From Glaucostegus cemiculus (Eukaryota), in the NCBI GenBank assembly GCA_976551045.1, contig CDPCPM010000744.1:12462001-12526000 (forward strand): 64,000 bases of DNA, given 5' to 3'. The stretch's first letter is position 1. The number at the start of each line of letters is the position of its first letter. Positions 50,761-64,000 of the stretch are shown here, one piece after another. A program made the translations under genes and the position numbers. The notes under the pieces were generated by a model. It saw only the letters and a program-made list of their open reading frames with translations, was not told the DNA's origin and made no database searches.

Positions 50761-53700
50761 TCCCGAGATTGTTACCCGATAAGAATAATGTCAATGTCCA
50801 TCTTGATCTTCTGATTCAACCTTGTTGTGTTCCTTTGCTGAATTTTACACTGTTAAAAATTCTCAGGCCTGATACGTTTTCTGCTAATCTATATATCTCC
50901 CCTGTAGATCTAACTCTCTCCCTAATTCTTTCAGAAGACATGCCTGAGCCCATTTCCCTGATCTTTCGTTTCTAAACCGGAATGAATAATTGTTATAACT
51001 CATGTATACTGTCTTTAAATATAATGCATTGTCTAACAAATATCAACACACCAAGTAATATTATACAATCGATCAAGTCCAATTCATTCCTCACACATTT
51101 GTAGTTTCTTTTCATGGATTTAAGAGCCTACTTTCTGATTCTACTGCTACATTCTGCATCTTCGTGAAGAAATTAACCACGTTGTGGTTGCTCGTCTCTC
51201 AATGACCACACAAAACAAGACCATTAATTATTCTTTTTTTTTCATCGGACACTATCCAATCTAGCAAAGCCTGATCTAGAGTTAGTCCCTAAATGAACGG
51301 ATCTAAGAAAAAAATCTTCTTTTTCAAAATTCAGGAACTCCTCCGCCACCATATTATTGCAAACTTGATTTCCCAATCTATATGCAGATTAAAGCCACCC
51401 GTGGTTAGAAATGTGCCCTTCTTCCATTTGGCTCTTATCTCCTGTTTCTTTATATTCTCCACATAAACAAACAAAAATATCAGAAAGAATATTCTTTGTG
51501 ATTCAAACTGTTATGTTGAGAAACGGGAGAACTGTAGAGATTATCTGCGGGGATTCAATAAAACCTTGAAATTCATGTAGGGATTTAGAGAGGAAAGTTG
51601 TAAAATAAGTTGTTTCTGGGACTGGAATCCAGCGACAGGTTTTAACAGTTATTCGCTAAATGAAGCAGAAGTGAACAATAGGTGTCCCACAGTGAGATTT
51701 CATTATCTGAAGTGAAGTAACTCCTCACCACCCAGTGGGTAAAATAAAACAATTTTACTCACCTTCCCTCTTAAACTAGTGCTATCCCCTCAGCTGAGGG
51801 AGTTAGATCCTTCTTCCCCTTCACAACTTCATACACGACAATTATGTTTCCACTCTTGAAAAGGAGAAAATGTTGGCGTACCCATATTTTCTCAAACCCA
51901 CCAGTTTCCAATCATGGTAACATCCATCTAGTTTGCACGTCTCCACTGCGATATCCAGTGTAATGTGGTGACCAAGCTGTGGTCTTACTGGAGTTCTTTA
52001 CATTTCCAGATTAACAAAGGTTCTGTAGATATAACAATCCCTGAACCCTCTATTGCTCTGCACCTCTCAACTTCATGTGATTTGTTATTTATTCGCCAAA
52101 TTCGATGCACCTCCTAAATGCATCATTTCACATTAAGGGTGAAATTGCATTTGACGTTTCTGCTCAATTGGTCAGATTATGAATACCTTCTTGCTTTCTA
52201 AAGCTTTCCCCCTCATTGTCCAGCACCTGGGCAATTTTATATCATCTGCTCCCTCCGTTTAAATTCAGAATTACCATCATTTGACATGATTGTTGGCGGA
52301 GACGCCCTGGACTGAAGGGCCGGTTCTTGCGCTGCATTGTTCCATGCTCTATGTTTATGTTCTGTGATCTGTGTTCTGTGTTCCATGTAAAGACTCAGAA
52401 ATACCGATACCTGTGGAACCCTGTTGGTAACAACCTCCTGTCACAAAAACACCGAGCCATCCTTTCCCACTGCTTCCTACCAGGCTCTGGTCGAATGTTC
52501 CATTCTCCAATCCTATGGGCTTGTTCGTTTGTGTCCAACTGTGCCACTGGAGACGTTGTTAAAAGCCTTGCTGAAGTCTATTTTAGCCTGCAACAGATGT
52601 ACTTTGCTCATTGTCCTTCGTTACCTCCTGAAACATCAATCGTATTAGTCAAAGATCAACTTTCCCTTAACAATTCCATACAGACAGTCTGTGAATAAGC
52701 AGGACCTCACAAACTGAAGATTTAAATTCCTTCAGAATTTATTATCATAACTTGACCTCCTCCAAATTTACACTAGCTGGCCTTAAGTACAGGGCACTTT
52801 ATTTCCTCTTTTATAGACACTAGCACAACGGTACTAATTCCTCGGTCATCTGGCACACTCCTGTAGTCGGAGGAGATTGAAAAGATGTCTTCACAGCCTC
52901 TACAATCTCACTCCTTCTTGCTTTTAATGGCGTGGGATATATTTTACCCGAGGTCTGCCAAATTCTTCTCTCAAGGATTTTACATCCATCTGTGCATCAT
53001 TTTAATCGTAATATTTGCCTCATTTAATATTTTACCCTGACCCTTCCAAACCAACATCGTCCTCAGCTCTCTGGTATACGGAGGATTCAAATCCTCCAGT
53101 CCTTCTGTTTTTAATCTCTTATGGGCTAACACACCTGAAATTTGGAGTAGCTCTGAGCCTTCCACCGTGAGAGAAGATGTCAGCTTCTGTGAGAAGCTCA
53201 TCAGAACTTAAAATGTATTTCATATTAAAGATGTGGGATTGATGGGAATTGCAGGAAGCGGGAAAGAGCCCAAGAGACAATGATTTTACCAAATAGAAAA
53301 TGGGAAATAAAGATTGTCTTCAACAACCTATTGTTTGAACATTGTGCTTGCTGAGGTTTGGTTCAATTCAATACACACCTGCGCATTCTGAATTGGGACT
53401 GTCCAAGTCGTTTGTTCAACCAGCAGTCAATTGAATAAATTTACCTTGTCTGACCTTGCACCTTATTGTCCACCTGCAATGCACTTCACAGCAGCTGTGA
53501 CACTTTGCCATGTAGTCTATTATTCTTTTTACCCTGTACTACCTCAATGCACCGTGTAATGAACTGATCGGTACCAACCTTATGCAAGATAAGTTCTTCG
53601 TTGTTCTTCGGTATAAGTGACAATTATAAACCAATACCAATACCAAAATCAAATATTAGAAAGGAACTATTTAGGTGAATCAGTAAACTTTGGTGGGTGC

Positions 53701-54549
53701 TTACTTCAGTTGGTTTCAGGTCATATACTTTGGATTAAGAAAGAGTAATTCAGATTTTAGAAATGGTGAGAAGTTCAACGAGTAGTAAATCCGGAATATA
53801 AATGTTGAGAGGTCATTATACGACTTTACAAAACGTTGGGTCTGTCGCAATTAGTATATTGTGTCCACTTATGTCACCGTACAAGAGACAGGATATAATT
53901 GCATCTGAGAGTGTGCAGAGAAGGTTCAGTAGCGTGTTGCCTGGGACTGAATGCTCCAGTTATGAGTAGAGACACGATAGGCTGCGTTTGTTTCCTTGGA
54001 AGCAGACGGGACAAAGGAGAGTTTTATTACGCCGTCCCAGACTATGCGAGGCATTGACAAAGTAGATAGCAAAAAAACAACTGTCCAGTGATAGAGATGT
54101 CTAAGACAGGAGGGCATGCTTTCAAGGTAAGAAGCTTCGAGGGGTTATTTGGAGCATGATGGCCAAACGCAGGCAAAGAGGACCAACTCTGGTGGATAAA
54201 TTGGAGTTGAGGTGAAGAGTTCTGTGCTGGATAAGATCATGATTATGTAACTCTTCATATAAACTTGGAACAAGAAAGTACAAATTAGCTTTCAGTAGCA
54301 GAGAAGGTGGGAGAGAGATTGGTAGTACAAAGGGCTGCGAATAAGGTGGTTTTCGGAAGTGCCCAAGAGGTCCAACTATGCAAAGAGAAATAAGAAAAAA
54401 ATGAGGTAAAACGCTGAACACCAGTTCTGATGAAGACCAGGATTAGAAGGGAGTTACCCATGTTGGAGAATTGGGAATTCTCTGAAAAGCAGATATCGAT
54501 CCTATTGTAATATTCGAGAACCCACTTCAATGTCCACTCTACAGAACAG

Positions 54550-55350
54550 ATCAGGTCAGATCAGATTAGTTTATTGTCACACACAGCAGGATGTAATGAA
54601 GTTCCTTGCACCCGTGATGCTCGCAGAGTAAACAATGTGCAGGATAATAATAAATACAACAATAAACACCACGACGATGACAAAACAACAGAATGGCGCA
54701 AAGATTGCAATGCAACCTGAAGCAGTGGAAGAAAGAAATGCGGAAGTGAAAATAACGGAATAACCCAGAGAAGCAGAGTTAAGAGTCCGAGAACGTGGCT
54801 GCACCACCGGGAAGGGAATGTGAAAGAGGTGATTGGCTCAGAGCTTTGATAGCAGTGGGGATGAAACTTCTCTTGTGTCTGGACGTCTGGGCCCTCGAGA
54901 TCCCGTGTCTTCTCCCAGAAGGGAGAAGAGACAAAAGGGAATGGCCAGGATGACAGGCACGCTTGGCGATATTGGCAGCCTTCCTGAAGCAACGCACAAT
55001 GAAGATGTACTGGATGGAAGGAAGTGACGAGCCCGTGACTGGTCAGTGTTTACTACCCTCCGCAGATTCTGTCGGCCCAGAGCAGAGCATTTTCCGTACT
55101 AAGCTGAGATACAAACTGTCAGGATATTCTCGATAACGCACCTGCAAACGTTCCAGACTATTCTCCTGGCCAACTTTCTCGCTTAAAAAAATTAACACAG
55201 TGATGTGCCTTCCTAGTCACCACATCAGTATGGAGGGTCCAGTTGAGTTTACTGGTGATATGGATGCCAAGGAACTTGAAGCGTTAACCATCTTGCCAGA
55301 AGTTCCGTTGCTGATCACAGCGAACATTGCACTTGCAATCCTAGATCTCC
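54550..55350 (-). mobile_element. Rex/Babar-type LINE 3' fragment
   Basis: RCFRKAANIAKRACHPGHSLLSLLPSGRR…KRSFIPTAIKAL; related to 62730-63440. Confidence 0.72.
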
Positions 55351-55389
55351 TCTACCATAACATTCCGCATGGCCGAGCCATTCACTGTA

Positions 55390-57260
55390 AAGGCCCTACA
55401 CGGGTTTGATCACGGAAAATGCAATACCTTATGTTGGTCTGGATTGAAAGCCTTTTGCCAACCCTCAGCTCCTATAGCCTGCTGCACAAATCCACCTTCA
55501 ATTCTTCATAACATGCGACACGGTCTACAATACCACCCGCAAATTTACAAACCATGCTTTATACATTCACATCCAATTTTTGTCTGTAGATTACAAACAT
55601 CGAAGGTCCCAGCACCGACCCCAGTGGAACACCGCTAGATACAGACTTCCAGTCTGGGAAACAATTCCCACCCCTCAGCCAATTATGAATACAATCTCCA
55701 TATCCCTCTGGATTCCATGCGATCTGACCTTCCAAACGAGCTTGCCAAGACGGACTTTGTTAAAGGCCTTGCTAAATTCCATAAAGGCAACATTCCCTGC
55801 CTACCTTCATCTCCCCTCAGGGTTACCTCTTCAAGGACCTCCGAGGTATTTGTCAGACAAAGCGTCCTATCTGAAAAGCCATGTTGACACTCTGGAATCA
55901 GACACTGTCCGTCAGAATCCATTCCAGCCATTTACCCACCACTGATGTCAGATTCACTGGAATGTAGTTCCCGAGCTTGTTTTTAGAACGTGTTTTAAAC
56001 AATAGTACCGCAGAAGGCTTCCTCTTAGAGTCTTAAATGATAATTTTCCAGCCACCAATATTAGGCTACTGACCTGTAGTTACCCGGCCTATCCTTGAAG
56101 CCCTTGCAAAACAAAGCCACAACATTATCCACCCTCTAGTCTTCCAGGACCTGAGCCACGGCTAACGATGATACAGGTATGTCTGCCAATTCCTCAGAAA
56201 TTTCTTCCCTGACATCTCACAATGTCCAAGGATACGCTTGGGGTGGCCTCTGGTATTTATCTAACTTTATCCACTTTAAGGATGCCAGAACTTCCTCTTT
56301 TGGAATGTGAATATGATATTCTCTTCCAGGTTTCCTGAGCTGCCGTGACTTCTTCCACGTTAAATACAGAAGAAACATATTCATTTCAGACCTTTCCCAT
56401 CTGTTGTGACTCCGCACGTCGGTGACCACACTGATCCACAAGGGGATCTATTCACTCCGTTGTGACACTTTTGTTCTTAATTTAATTCAGGAATCACTTG
56501 GGATTCTCATTTACCTTATCTGCCAGAGCTACCTCATGCTCTCTATTTGCCCTCTTAATTTGGCCTTTATCTGTAACCTACATCCTTAATATTCCTCGTA
56601 GGATTTCCTTGATCCCAGTTGCCTCTACATGACAAACGCTTCGAAAACAAGGAGGATCAGAGCCTCAATATCCTCTTCATCAAGCGTTCTCTAAACCTAG
56701 CAGGATTGTCCTTCACTCTCACAGGGATAGGCTAGTCCTGAACTCGCCCTATCTCACTTTTAAAAAATTCCCATTTGCAAGACCTCCCTTTACATGAAAA
56801 CAATCTCTCACAATCAAGCTTTGCAAGCTCCTTTCAAATGCTATATAGCATTGCCCTTATCTTGGACTTTAATTTGTGGACCAGTCCAATGCTTTTCCAT
56901 AACTATTTTAACACTGATAAAATTGTGGTCACTGGCCCCAAAGTGTTCCGCCACCGACACTTCAGCCACTTCCCTGTCTCCTGTCCAAATATTAGGTCAA
57001 GCTTTGACCCTCACGAGTAGGGCTATCAGCATGTTGTTTAAGAAAGCTTTCCTATACACAATGAACCATTTCCAACCCGGCCAAACAAACTGGCGGTGCT
57101 GGGCGATATCAGGAACTTTAAAATCACCTGCAATTACAGCCCTCTTATTCATACACATATCTGTGATTGCCCTACCTAATTGTTCCTCTACGTCCCGCTG
57201 ACCACTGGGGGGGGGGGGAGCAGAGTCTAATTCCATAAAAGTGATATCTCCCTTCTTATT
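55390..57260 (-). mobile_element. Degraded CR1 ORF2 fragments
   Basis: QHGFSDRTLCLTN, RAVIAGDFK, IKLDKYQRP. Confidence 0.75.
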
Positions 57261-57800
57261 TCGAAGAACCCCACTGGACTCCGCTATTCCCTTTCTTCGG
57301 TTAAGGCGGTTCACGTGATTTCACTGGGAGTTGAATGATTTACATGCAGTTTACGTTTCATGAAGTTGAAAGCTTGGCTGCGTGCAACATGTCCATCTTC
57401 TAGTTGGCTAATCACTCTTGCTGTTCGATGCTTTCAGCAGTACCGACAGCATGCTCAGAGAAGTTCCGTGAGGGAACTCGCTTGAACTGAACGACGAGGG
57501 CTATTTCCTTACCACTGAACGTAAAGCGAGTTCACACTAATCAGAGTCTGTCAGGCTAATGCATAGGAGAGCAGGCGCTGGGAATCCATCTCATGGAGTT
57601 TAATTGTCTGCATTAGTTTAACTTTATTTAAAGAGCTTCGAATATAGTCAATGATTTCCCACACAGGAGTTAGAATTTTATTAACTTGTCTTAAACACAA
57701 GCACATTCTGAACATCTCAGCTCGATTTCCGAGCAAGTCTATGCAGAATAAAGCGTGAGACAAGAGGGAGATCTGCAAATGAAATTATCCAATTTTCCAC

Positions 57801-58702
57801 TTATTTCATCATGTGAGTAAGTGTGCTGAAGGGATATTTCACCCCTTTACTCAGCTGCTCCCTGAACTTCGTCTGGGTCGCGGCATAAATGAAAGTGTTG
57901 GTGCAGCAGCTGAGGAGCTGCAGCATAAACCCAAGTTCCGTCACGATGAGTGAAATTTCTCCTTTATCCTCTACGTGCAACAGGACAATTCGGGTGTGCA
58001 GCGTGGACACCAGGAAGGGAGACCACAGGAGGATGAAGTTCCCCGAGATCAAAAAGAGTAGAATGATGGATTTCCTTCTGCTCTTCGCTTCAGGGTCATT
58101 CTGGCTCTCCCCGCCGATTGGCCCTCGAAGTTTCTTGCGGATTCTAATGGTGACCAGAATGTGTCTGACGGTCAGTGCGTTGAGCACCAGAATGAGAATG
58201 AACGGGATACACGGGGTGAAGACATAATGGAGGAATTCAACGGCTGCCCAGACTGGGGAGAACATGACACTGAAGGTAATAACGCAGAACCAGGGCATTC
58301 TCTGAAGTGCGTATTTGTTTGTATACATGAAGTACCAGAACAAATTCTTCCCACTGAAAAAGACACTGACTGTCCAGATAACCACTGCCGCTGTTCTCTC
58401 GCTGCAGTGTTTGGTCTTCAGTTTCTGGCAACAAATGGCCACAAATCGGTCGAAGGTGAAAGCGACGGTGAACCAGACAGAACAGTCGGTGGCGGCGTAG
58501 AGGAGCACGGCGTGGATGTTGCACACAGGAATGTTCTGCACGAATTGAAAGGCTTTATAGAGGACAATAGGAATCTGCTTCAGGATCAGATCGAGGACAA
58601 TGACCAGCAGGTCCGCCGTCGCCATGGCCACCAGGTAACGCGTGACGCCCTTGGAGAGGCCGCATTTTCCTCGAGAAAAGATCAAAATGGTCAGCAGGTT
58701 CA
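57801..58702 (-). CDS. GPR139/GPR142-like class A GPCR, exon 2 (intact; spliced product 341 aa)
   Basis: Acceptor tttctctgctttcttggccctcgtAG, phase 1. VNLLTILIFSRGKCGLSKGVTRYLVAMATADLL; TM3 C…DCSVWFTVAFTFDRF; ECL2 WFC; TM6 FILLWSP; TM7 SCCTNTFIY; helix 8 KFREQL; TAA at 57803-57801. AATAAA on minus at 57682-57677 and 57628-57623. Confidence 0.93.
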
Positions 58703-61357
58703 CTACGAGGGCCAAGAAAGCAGAGAAACATTATACCTCAGTAAGGGAACAAAACTCAGCAATTTACAGCAAACATACCACCAAATGTCTCGGAATCTTT
58801 TCATGTCACTCCCCTTCTTCTCTGCACTGACCATTTCCCCTCTCCACTCTCAATCCTTCTTTCCCACCCGAAACTTCGACAATTCCTTTCCATCCATAGA
58901 TGCTGCTCGACCGGCTGACTTCTTCCAGCGGATTGTTTGCCGCTGCGGATTCCATCATTTACAGTCCTTTCTCTGTCCAATTTACGCTAACTCAACGAAA
59001 TATCAATACGTATTCATAGACAGATGCAGCACAGAAACAGGATATTCATTCACAGTGTCCTTGCTGAATGTCATGAACCAACTTACATTAAATCTTTAAT
59101 CCATTTAAATTCCCCACATTTCCACCAACTCTCCTGTATTAAACATACGGGGAGTAATTTACAATGGTCAAATAACTTTCCAAATGCGCAAGTCTTTTGG
59201 ATGAAACCAGAGCACGCGAGGGAGACGCTCCCTGTCACAGGGAGAGCGTTGAAACTTCAGACACATGAAGACACCGCCCAAGGTTGGTATTGACGTCATG
59301 CCGCTACTATTATCTTTAAGGTATGTCTGATACACGCCCACACCACAACGAGCCAACCCTTCACTGATTCGGCATCAGTACCGTGGATGCTCCTATGCCC
59401 CACATTCCCTCGATAGGAGCGGGTATGTGAGAAGGCTCAGAATAATGTCTTCAACCTGACAATATATAAGCCAACAGTCTCTTTGATTCCTCACTACACA
59501 CACTAAATTTGTGTCTCTCCGACTTCTCCCAAGCTGCTGAGAAAACAGTCCCTTCAAGATTGTCAGGGCGTTCATGGAAGAAATTTTGTTCTGGTTGATG
59601 GCGCCAGAAGGTGTGTTGGTGTCTCTATGACTCTGTGAGCCATCAAAATTCAGATATCTCCGACTCATCCAACTGTTGAAGTGTTGCCTCGTTCTTTATC
59701 AAAATAAATGCCTTGCTCTGTGCTTTATCCCGGAATCGTGACACTATCATTTGCTCTCAGAAAAGTCTTCATGCCTGAGATCTCTCATCGTTCTGAAGCA
59801 TACCACATATGATCTGCCGTTATCTACAGGACGGCCTTCTGTTGGTTACAGCCATGCAATTGTTCGCTGCCACATTACCTCTTCACACCGTTTCCACTGT
59901 AGAATCCGGCAGGTTCCTTCACTTTGCAGCTCTTCAGATCAATTAACAAGGACGGAACTTCAGAAATAAACCCCTTTGTTGAAGGCAGCCACCACCCGGC
60001 TCACAGCAGCTGCTGGTACAACAGTCGATCAAAAATCAATCTACAATCTTCAAGGTCCGCCCACACATTGGATCAGCACAGACCGGCCATTAAATTAACT
60101 GCAGAGGACTACAAAGAACAGTCAGAACTGATATCGAGTGACCTCAAACGTACAGACATACCCGAGTGATTTTCAGTGGACGCAGTTGACCGGTGTGCTG
60201 GTCTTTCAAAGTAGTGAAGAGATAAATTCCTCCGAAATCACAAGGCAGACTGGCGGACGATTCCTGAAATTGAGCGGATGTTGTAAATTGCGACGTGATC
60301 GCCGGTTTAAGGTGATCTTTGTCAGGGCGGTGTTAGTCTGGATTAGTTGCGTTCCGGCAGCAGATTGTTTGATTCTCTAGCTTCTTGCATCTGCGATACC
60401 TTGAGTGCCGGAATTTGTCAGACCTGTCACGTCTGTGAGTGGCAACGTGAAGAAGTGAATGCGTTCGTCCTCTGCATCCACACATTTCCGTCCACCAACA
60501 CCCCCACCACTCCCCACACACACGCCACCACCACCTTAACTGGAATTTAATCTCTTGGAATGATTTCTCACCATGTAATTCCGATCACCCATTTTATCCT
60601 GAAGACATGATGCATCATTCAAGCCGTGTGTTTATTTGTTTTTCCATTCGCGTCCTTTGGAATCGCCACCTCTCCCCTTGAACCAGGGCTAGACAGGCGC
60701 TTTCCTAGACTCTCCCGGTTGTAAACTCAGAGAAGTAGGTCCTGGCTGGGTCTGTAAAGGACTTTCGACCTTTCCCGACGACATTTTCTTGTACTGACAA
60801 CCTCGGTCAAAACTTAATGTCCAAATAGTGAGAGAAAAGCTGAGCTGCAGATTGCAGGTGTGGAACCGTCAGCTGATAGTGTAAGCTGCGCACACTGTGA
60901 TCTCTTCGGTAAAAGAAATAGTCATCGACTTATAACGCACGGAATCAGGCCATTCGGCCCAACCCGTCCGTTCCGACCAAGTTGTTCAACTGATCTCGAT
61001 ATATTTCCTTGCATTTGGCCCGTAGCCCTTTAAATATTTCCTATCCATGTACCTTTCCAAGTGTCTTTTAGACAACGTAATGGACCACCTCTGCAATGCC
61101 CTCCAGCAGCTCGGTCTGCACATTCACCACACTCGGTGTGAAATCCCTCAGGAATCAGTCAGAGCAATGGATTTTCACGAACATCGACAACGGAATATAC
61201 TGGACTCAATGTTCATTAAATGTGGCCATGTCGAAATAACCATAATTGTTATGAATGCAGGACACGATTATCTACGATTAAAAGGCCCCGTGAATACATT
61301 GTAGTTAGGAACATATCAATAAAATACCAGATTTAACAACCAGAGGTAGAGTCTCAC

Positions 61358-61481
61358 CAGTAACGCCAATAACTGCGAGGGTGGGGTAATAAATCTCTTG
61401 CATATCTATAATGATTTGAAGTATCAAATTCTCCACTGAATGTCCTCCATCCATCTTTTCAGATGCCTCGTGTTTTCTCAT
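61358..61481 (-). CDS. GPR139/GPR142-like class A GPCR, exon 1
   Basis: ATG MRKHEASEKMDGGHSVENLILQIIIDMQEIYYPTLAVIGVT-G|gtgaga, 124 nt, phase 1, joins exon 2 in frame across a 2655-bp GT-AG intron. A second ATG at 61454 has strong context AAGATGG. Confidence 0.9.
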
Positions 61482-61523
61482 GGAGACTGCGGGTATCTGC
61501 GAATGAGGCTGATGTGAATGTAC

Positions 61524-61586
61524 TTATATAAGTCTGGAGAAATCTCTGCTGGCATCACTAGTGTATTAGGAGTCTTGCATTAATTG
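61524..61586 (-). promoter_or_regulatory. TATA box (TATATAA) and upstream ATTAATTG homeodomain-like site of the intact GPCR
   Basis: TATATAA 61530-61524, 43 nt upstream of the first ATG; GCATTAATTG 61577-61586. Confidence 0.65.
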
Positions 61587-62159
61587 CAGTGACTGAAGAG
61601 ATATCTTCCGTTCATTCTTTTGCACAACCTGGTGTTGTAATGGCCCAGGTTATTTTTAGCCAGCGATTGCACAATGGAAAGGACTGCTTCCCAAAGCCCA
61701 GGGTAGATGTGGAGTTTGGCGCAATTGCGTGAAATTAAAAACATGCTTATTTTTGGATTCCCATTTTTTGTGTCATGCCTTATGCTTCGAGAACACCAAA
61801 GAATTACTCTGCAATTCACCAAAATTTTGTTCCTGTCTTTACGTTTTTCATAATATTTACAGTAAATACCGTTGGAAACGTCTTTCTCTACGTCCATTGT
61901 GACATCAAATGGATGCCTGCCCTTACAATGCATTAACATCACTCATGTTCCCCTCTTAAACAATGAGAAGCTGTTGCACAGGACCTAGCCCTTTAGTGTC
62001 CAGTGTCAGCAGGACCCGAGACTGTACTCCTTCCCCACAGAGATATGGCGGTGGCTGCTCCGAGCTTCAGTGGGTCCCTCAGCACCTATCCCAATACCCT
62101 GGCATGTGTCAGTCGGCAGCATTCACTCTCGGACATCTCCTGACACTGGAAGACGTCCA

Positions 62160-62720
62160 GTTCTTTGATTCCCCTACTCTATTAAAACGTCTGTGACCAT
62201 TCTCCTTATGCATCATGATTTTATAAACTTCGTTAAGGTCTGCAATCGGCCTCCTGCGCTCTATGAAAACAGCCTCGGCCTGATATGTCAAGCCTGGTAT
62301 CATCTTTGTAAACCACCTCGGCATCCTTTCCAGCTTAATGACATCCCATTTATAGGCTGCTAGCCAGAAATTCACGCAACAGTCCAAGTGTGCTCTCACT
62401 AACGTCTCGTATGGAAGAAACATGGTATCTCAACTCTTGTCCTCAGTGCCCTGACAGATGAAGGCCAGCATGCCAGATGCCTTCTTCAGGGCCATCTTCC
62501 AATTACGACACTTTGACTAGATTAGGTAGGAGTACCCCTTTATGTTCTTCAACACTTACAAGGGTTCTGCCGTATCCTGTGTGAGTCCTGCCGTGATTTA
62601 ACTTAACAAATTGCAAAACATCACACGAGTGAAATTACATCTGCCATTCATTTCCCACCTACTGGTTGCTCTAGAACCTGTCGTAATCTCAGATAACCCG
62701 CTTCAATTTCCACTATATAA
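62160..62720 (-). mobile_element. Degraded CR1 3' fragment
   Basis: YETLVRAHLDCCVNFW…DVIKLERMPRWFTKMIPG. Confidence 0.8.
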
Positions 62721-62729
62721 ATCAAATCA

Positions 62730-63440
62730 TATCATATTGTCGGTGAAATCATATCAGATTTCCGCAAGGTGACAATGAAAATCTTTGTTTGCGTGAATGT
62801 CACAGAGTAAACAACATACATGGTAGTAATTAATACAACAATGAATTCAGCGAAGATCACAAAACAAGAGTGGTGGAAAGACTGTAGTGCAAGATGAAGA
62901 GCTGCAAGAGGAAATGCTGAAGTAATACTAACAGAAGAGGCAGACTTAAAATTCCGAAAACATGGCAATACCACTGGAGGGGGATGTGAAAGAGGTGATT
63001 GGTTCAGTATTCTGACAGCAGTGAGGAAGAAGCTGATCTTGAGACAGTACGTTGGTTGTTTCAAACTCCTGCATCTTCGCCTGGAATGTGGAAACTATAA
63101 AATTGAATGGTCAATATGGCAGTCTCCCTTGACTACACTGTTAGCATTCCTGAAGAAAACCACGTTGAAGACGGACTGGATGGAAGGAGGTGACGTGACG
63201 TGCCTGGGACGGACTGGGCAGTGCTTGCCGCTCTTTGCATGTTCTGCCGCTCCAGAGCAGAGCTGTTAGTGTCCCAGAGTGAGATGGAACCCGTCAGGAT
63301 ATTTCATATATCTGTAGAAGTTCGATAGAATCTTTGTGGACAAACGGGAACTTCTGATCTTGTCAGGTTTCTTCATAACCCCATCAGTGTGTAGGGACCA
63401 GCTGAAGATGCTTGTGATGTGGATGCAAAGGAACCGTTCT
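62730..63440 (-). mobile_element. Rex/Babar-type LINE 3' fragment
   Basis: LKISFFLTAVRILN; similar to 54550-55350. Confidence 0.65.
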
Positions 63441-64000
63441 TTTTCAATCTTTTTATTAATAACAAATCAATACAGGTTAATGTATATAACAACAATGTTT
63501 TCACATGTATTACAGAGATTCAAGTAACAATCATAGCTAATCATAAAAAAGCAATAAAGTATGATATATATAAAAGAAATAGTTCCAACAATCTCTTGGT
63601 TCATAACTATAATGTAAAATATAGGAAAGAAAAATATTTGTTATATAATTAGAAAAAGAGCAAGAAAAAAAACCAAATCAATAAAAATGTCATAACAACG
63701 CAAAGTAAATTGAACCGAAAATTAGTTTTAAAAAAGAGAAAAACAAAACAAGAAAAAAAAACTGGGCTAAAATTTCAATAGAAACAGAGCAATATAATGT
63801 CGTCAGCTCCGTTCCTCTGAATTAATAAAAAGTTATTGAAGGGGAAACTACATCATGTGAAAGTATTGAATAAATGGACTCCAAATATCTTCAAATTTAA
63901 GCGAAGAATCAACAGTACCACTCCTATTTTTTTTCCAAATTAAGACAATGATATGGTTTGAGAGGACCATTGAAAGGTAGTGGGGGGTATTGGATCCCTC
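63441..64000 (-). mobile_element. L1-clade LINE 3' end (ORF2 C-terminus plus 3' UTR), continues beyond the window
   Basis: Minus RDPIPPTTFQW…LNLEK…KFEDIWSPFIQYFHMM* (TAG 63850-63848); T-rich 3' UTR with AATAAA and an A-rich end. Confidence 0.8.

Noticed and set aside
57801-58715. Single-exon start at 58715 suggested by the ORF track
   Set aside because: TTG start lies in the polypyrimidine tract; the real N-terminus comes from exon 1 at 61481-61358.
58161-59099. 312-aa plus-strand ORF
   Set aside because: Antisense shadow of the GPCR exon 2 running into repeat sequence.
1-64000. CRISPR arrays, rRNA, prokaryotic operons
   Set aside because: None seen; the sequence is vertebrate genomic DNA and short repeats are LINE/SINE tails or microsatellites.

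Overview
Eukaryotic, repeat-dense genomic DNA. The V-SINE/HE1-type SINEs, CR1, Rex/Babar, Penelope, Tx1 and L1 repeats and the GPCR family point to a cartilaginous fish (shark or ray; inferred). The host-gene content is a tandem, co-oriented (minus-strand) cluster of two-exon GPR139/GPR142-like class A GPCRs in four states of decay: one intact gene (61481-61358 + 58702-57801, 341 aa), a near-intact pseudogene (25800-25704 + 15545-14650; TTG at the start position, one internal TAA), a heavily decayed exon 2 (43695-42888), and an orphan promoter plus half of exon 1 (~8880-9410) fused to an endogenous retrovirus. The three promoters share a TATA (or TATA-like) box with an ATTA homeodomain core 48-49 bp upstream, and one has a perfect EBF/Olf-1 palindrome. 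Other content: a ~4.3 kb diverged segmental duplication (1-4265 vs ~28020-32690), a deleted class III (ERV-L/S-like) provirus with a tRNA-Ser PBS and an env remnant, a full-length CR1 LINE inside a GPCR intron, a chromodomain Gypsy element, a solo LTR, and decayed Penelope-type hammerhead ribozyme motifs. Repeat boundaries are approximate and were read by eye.
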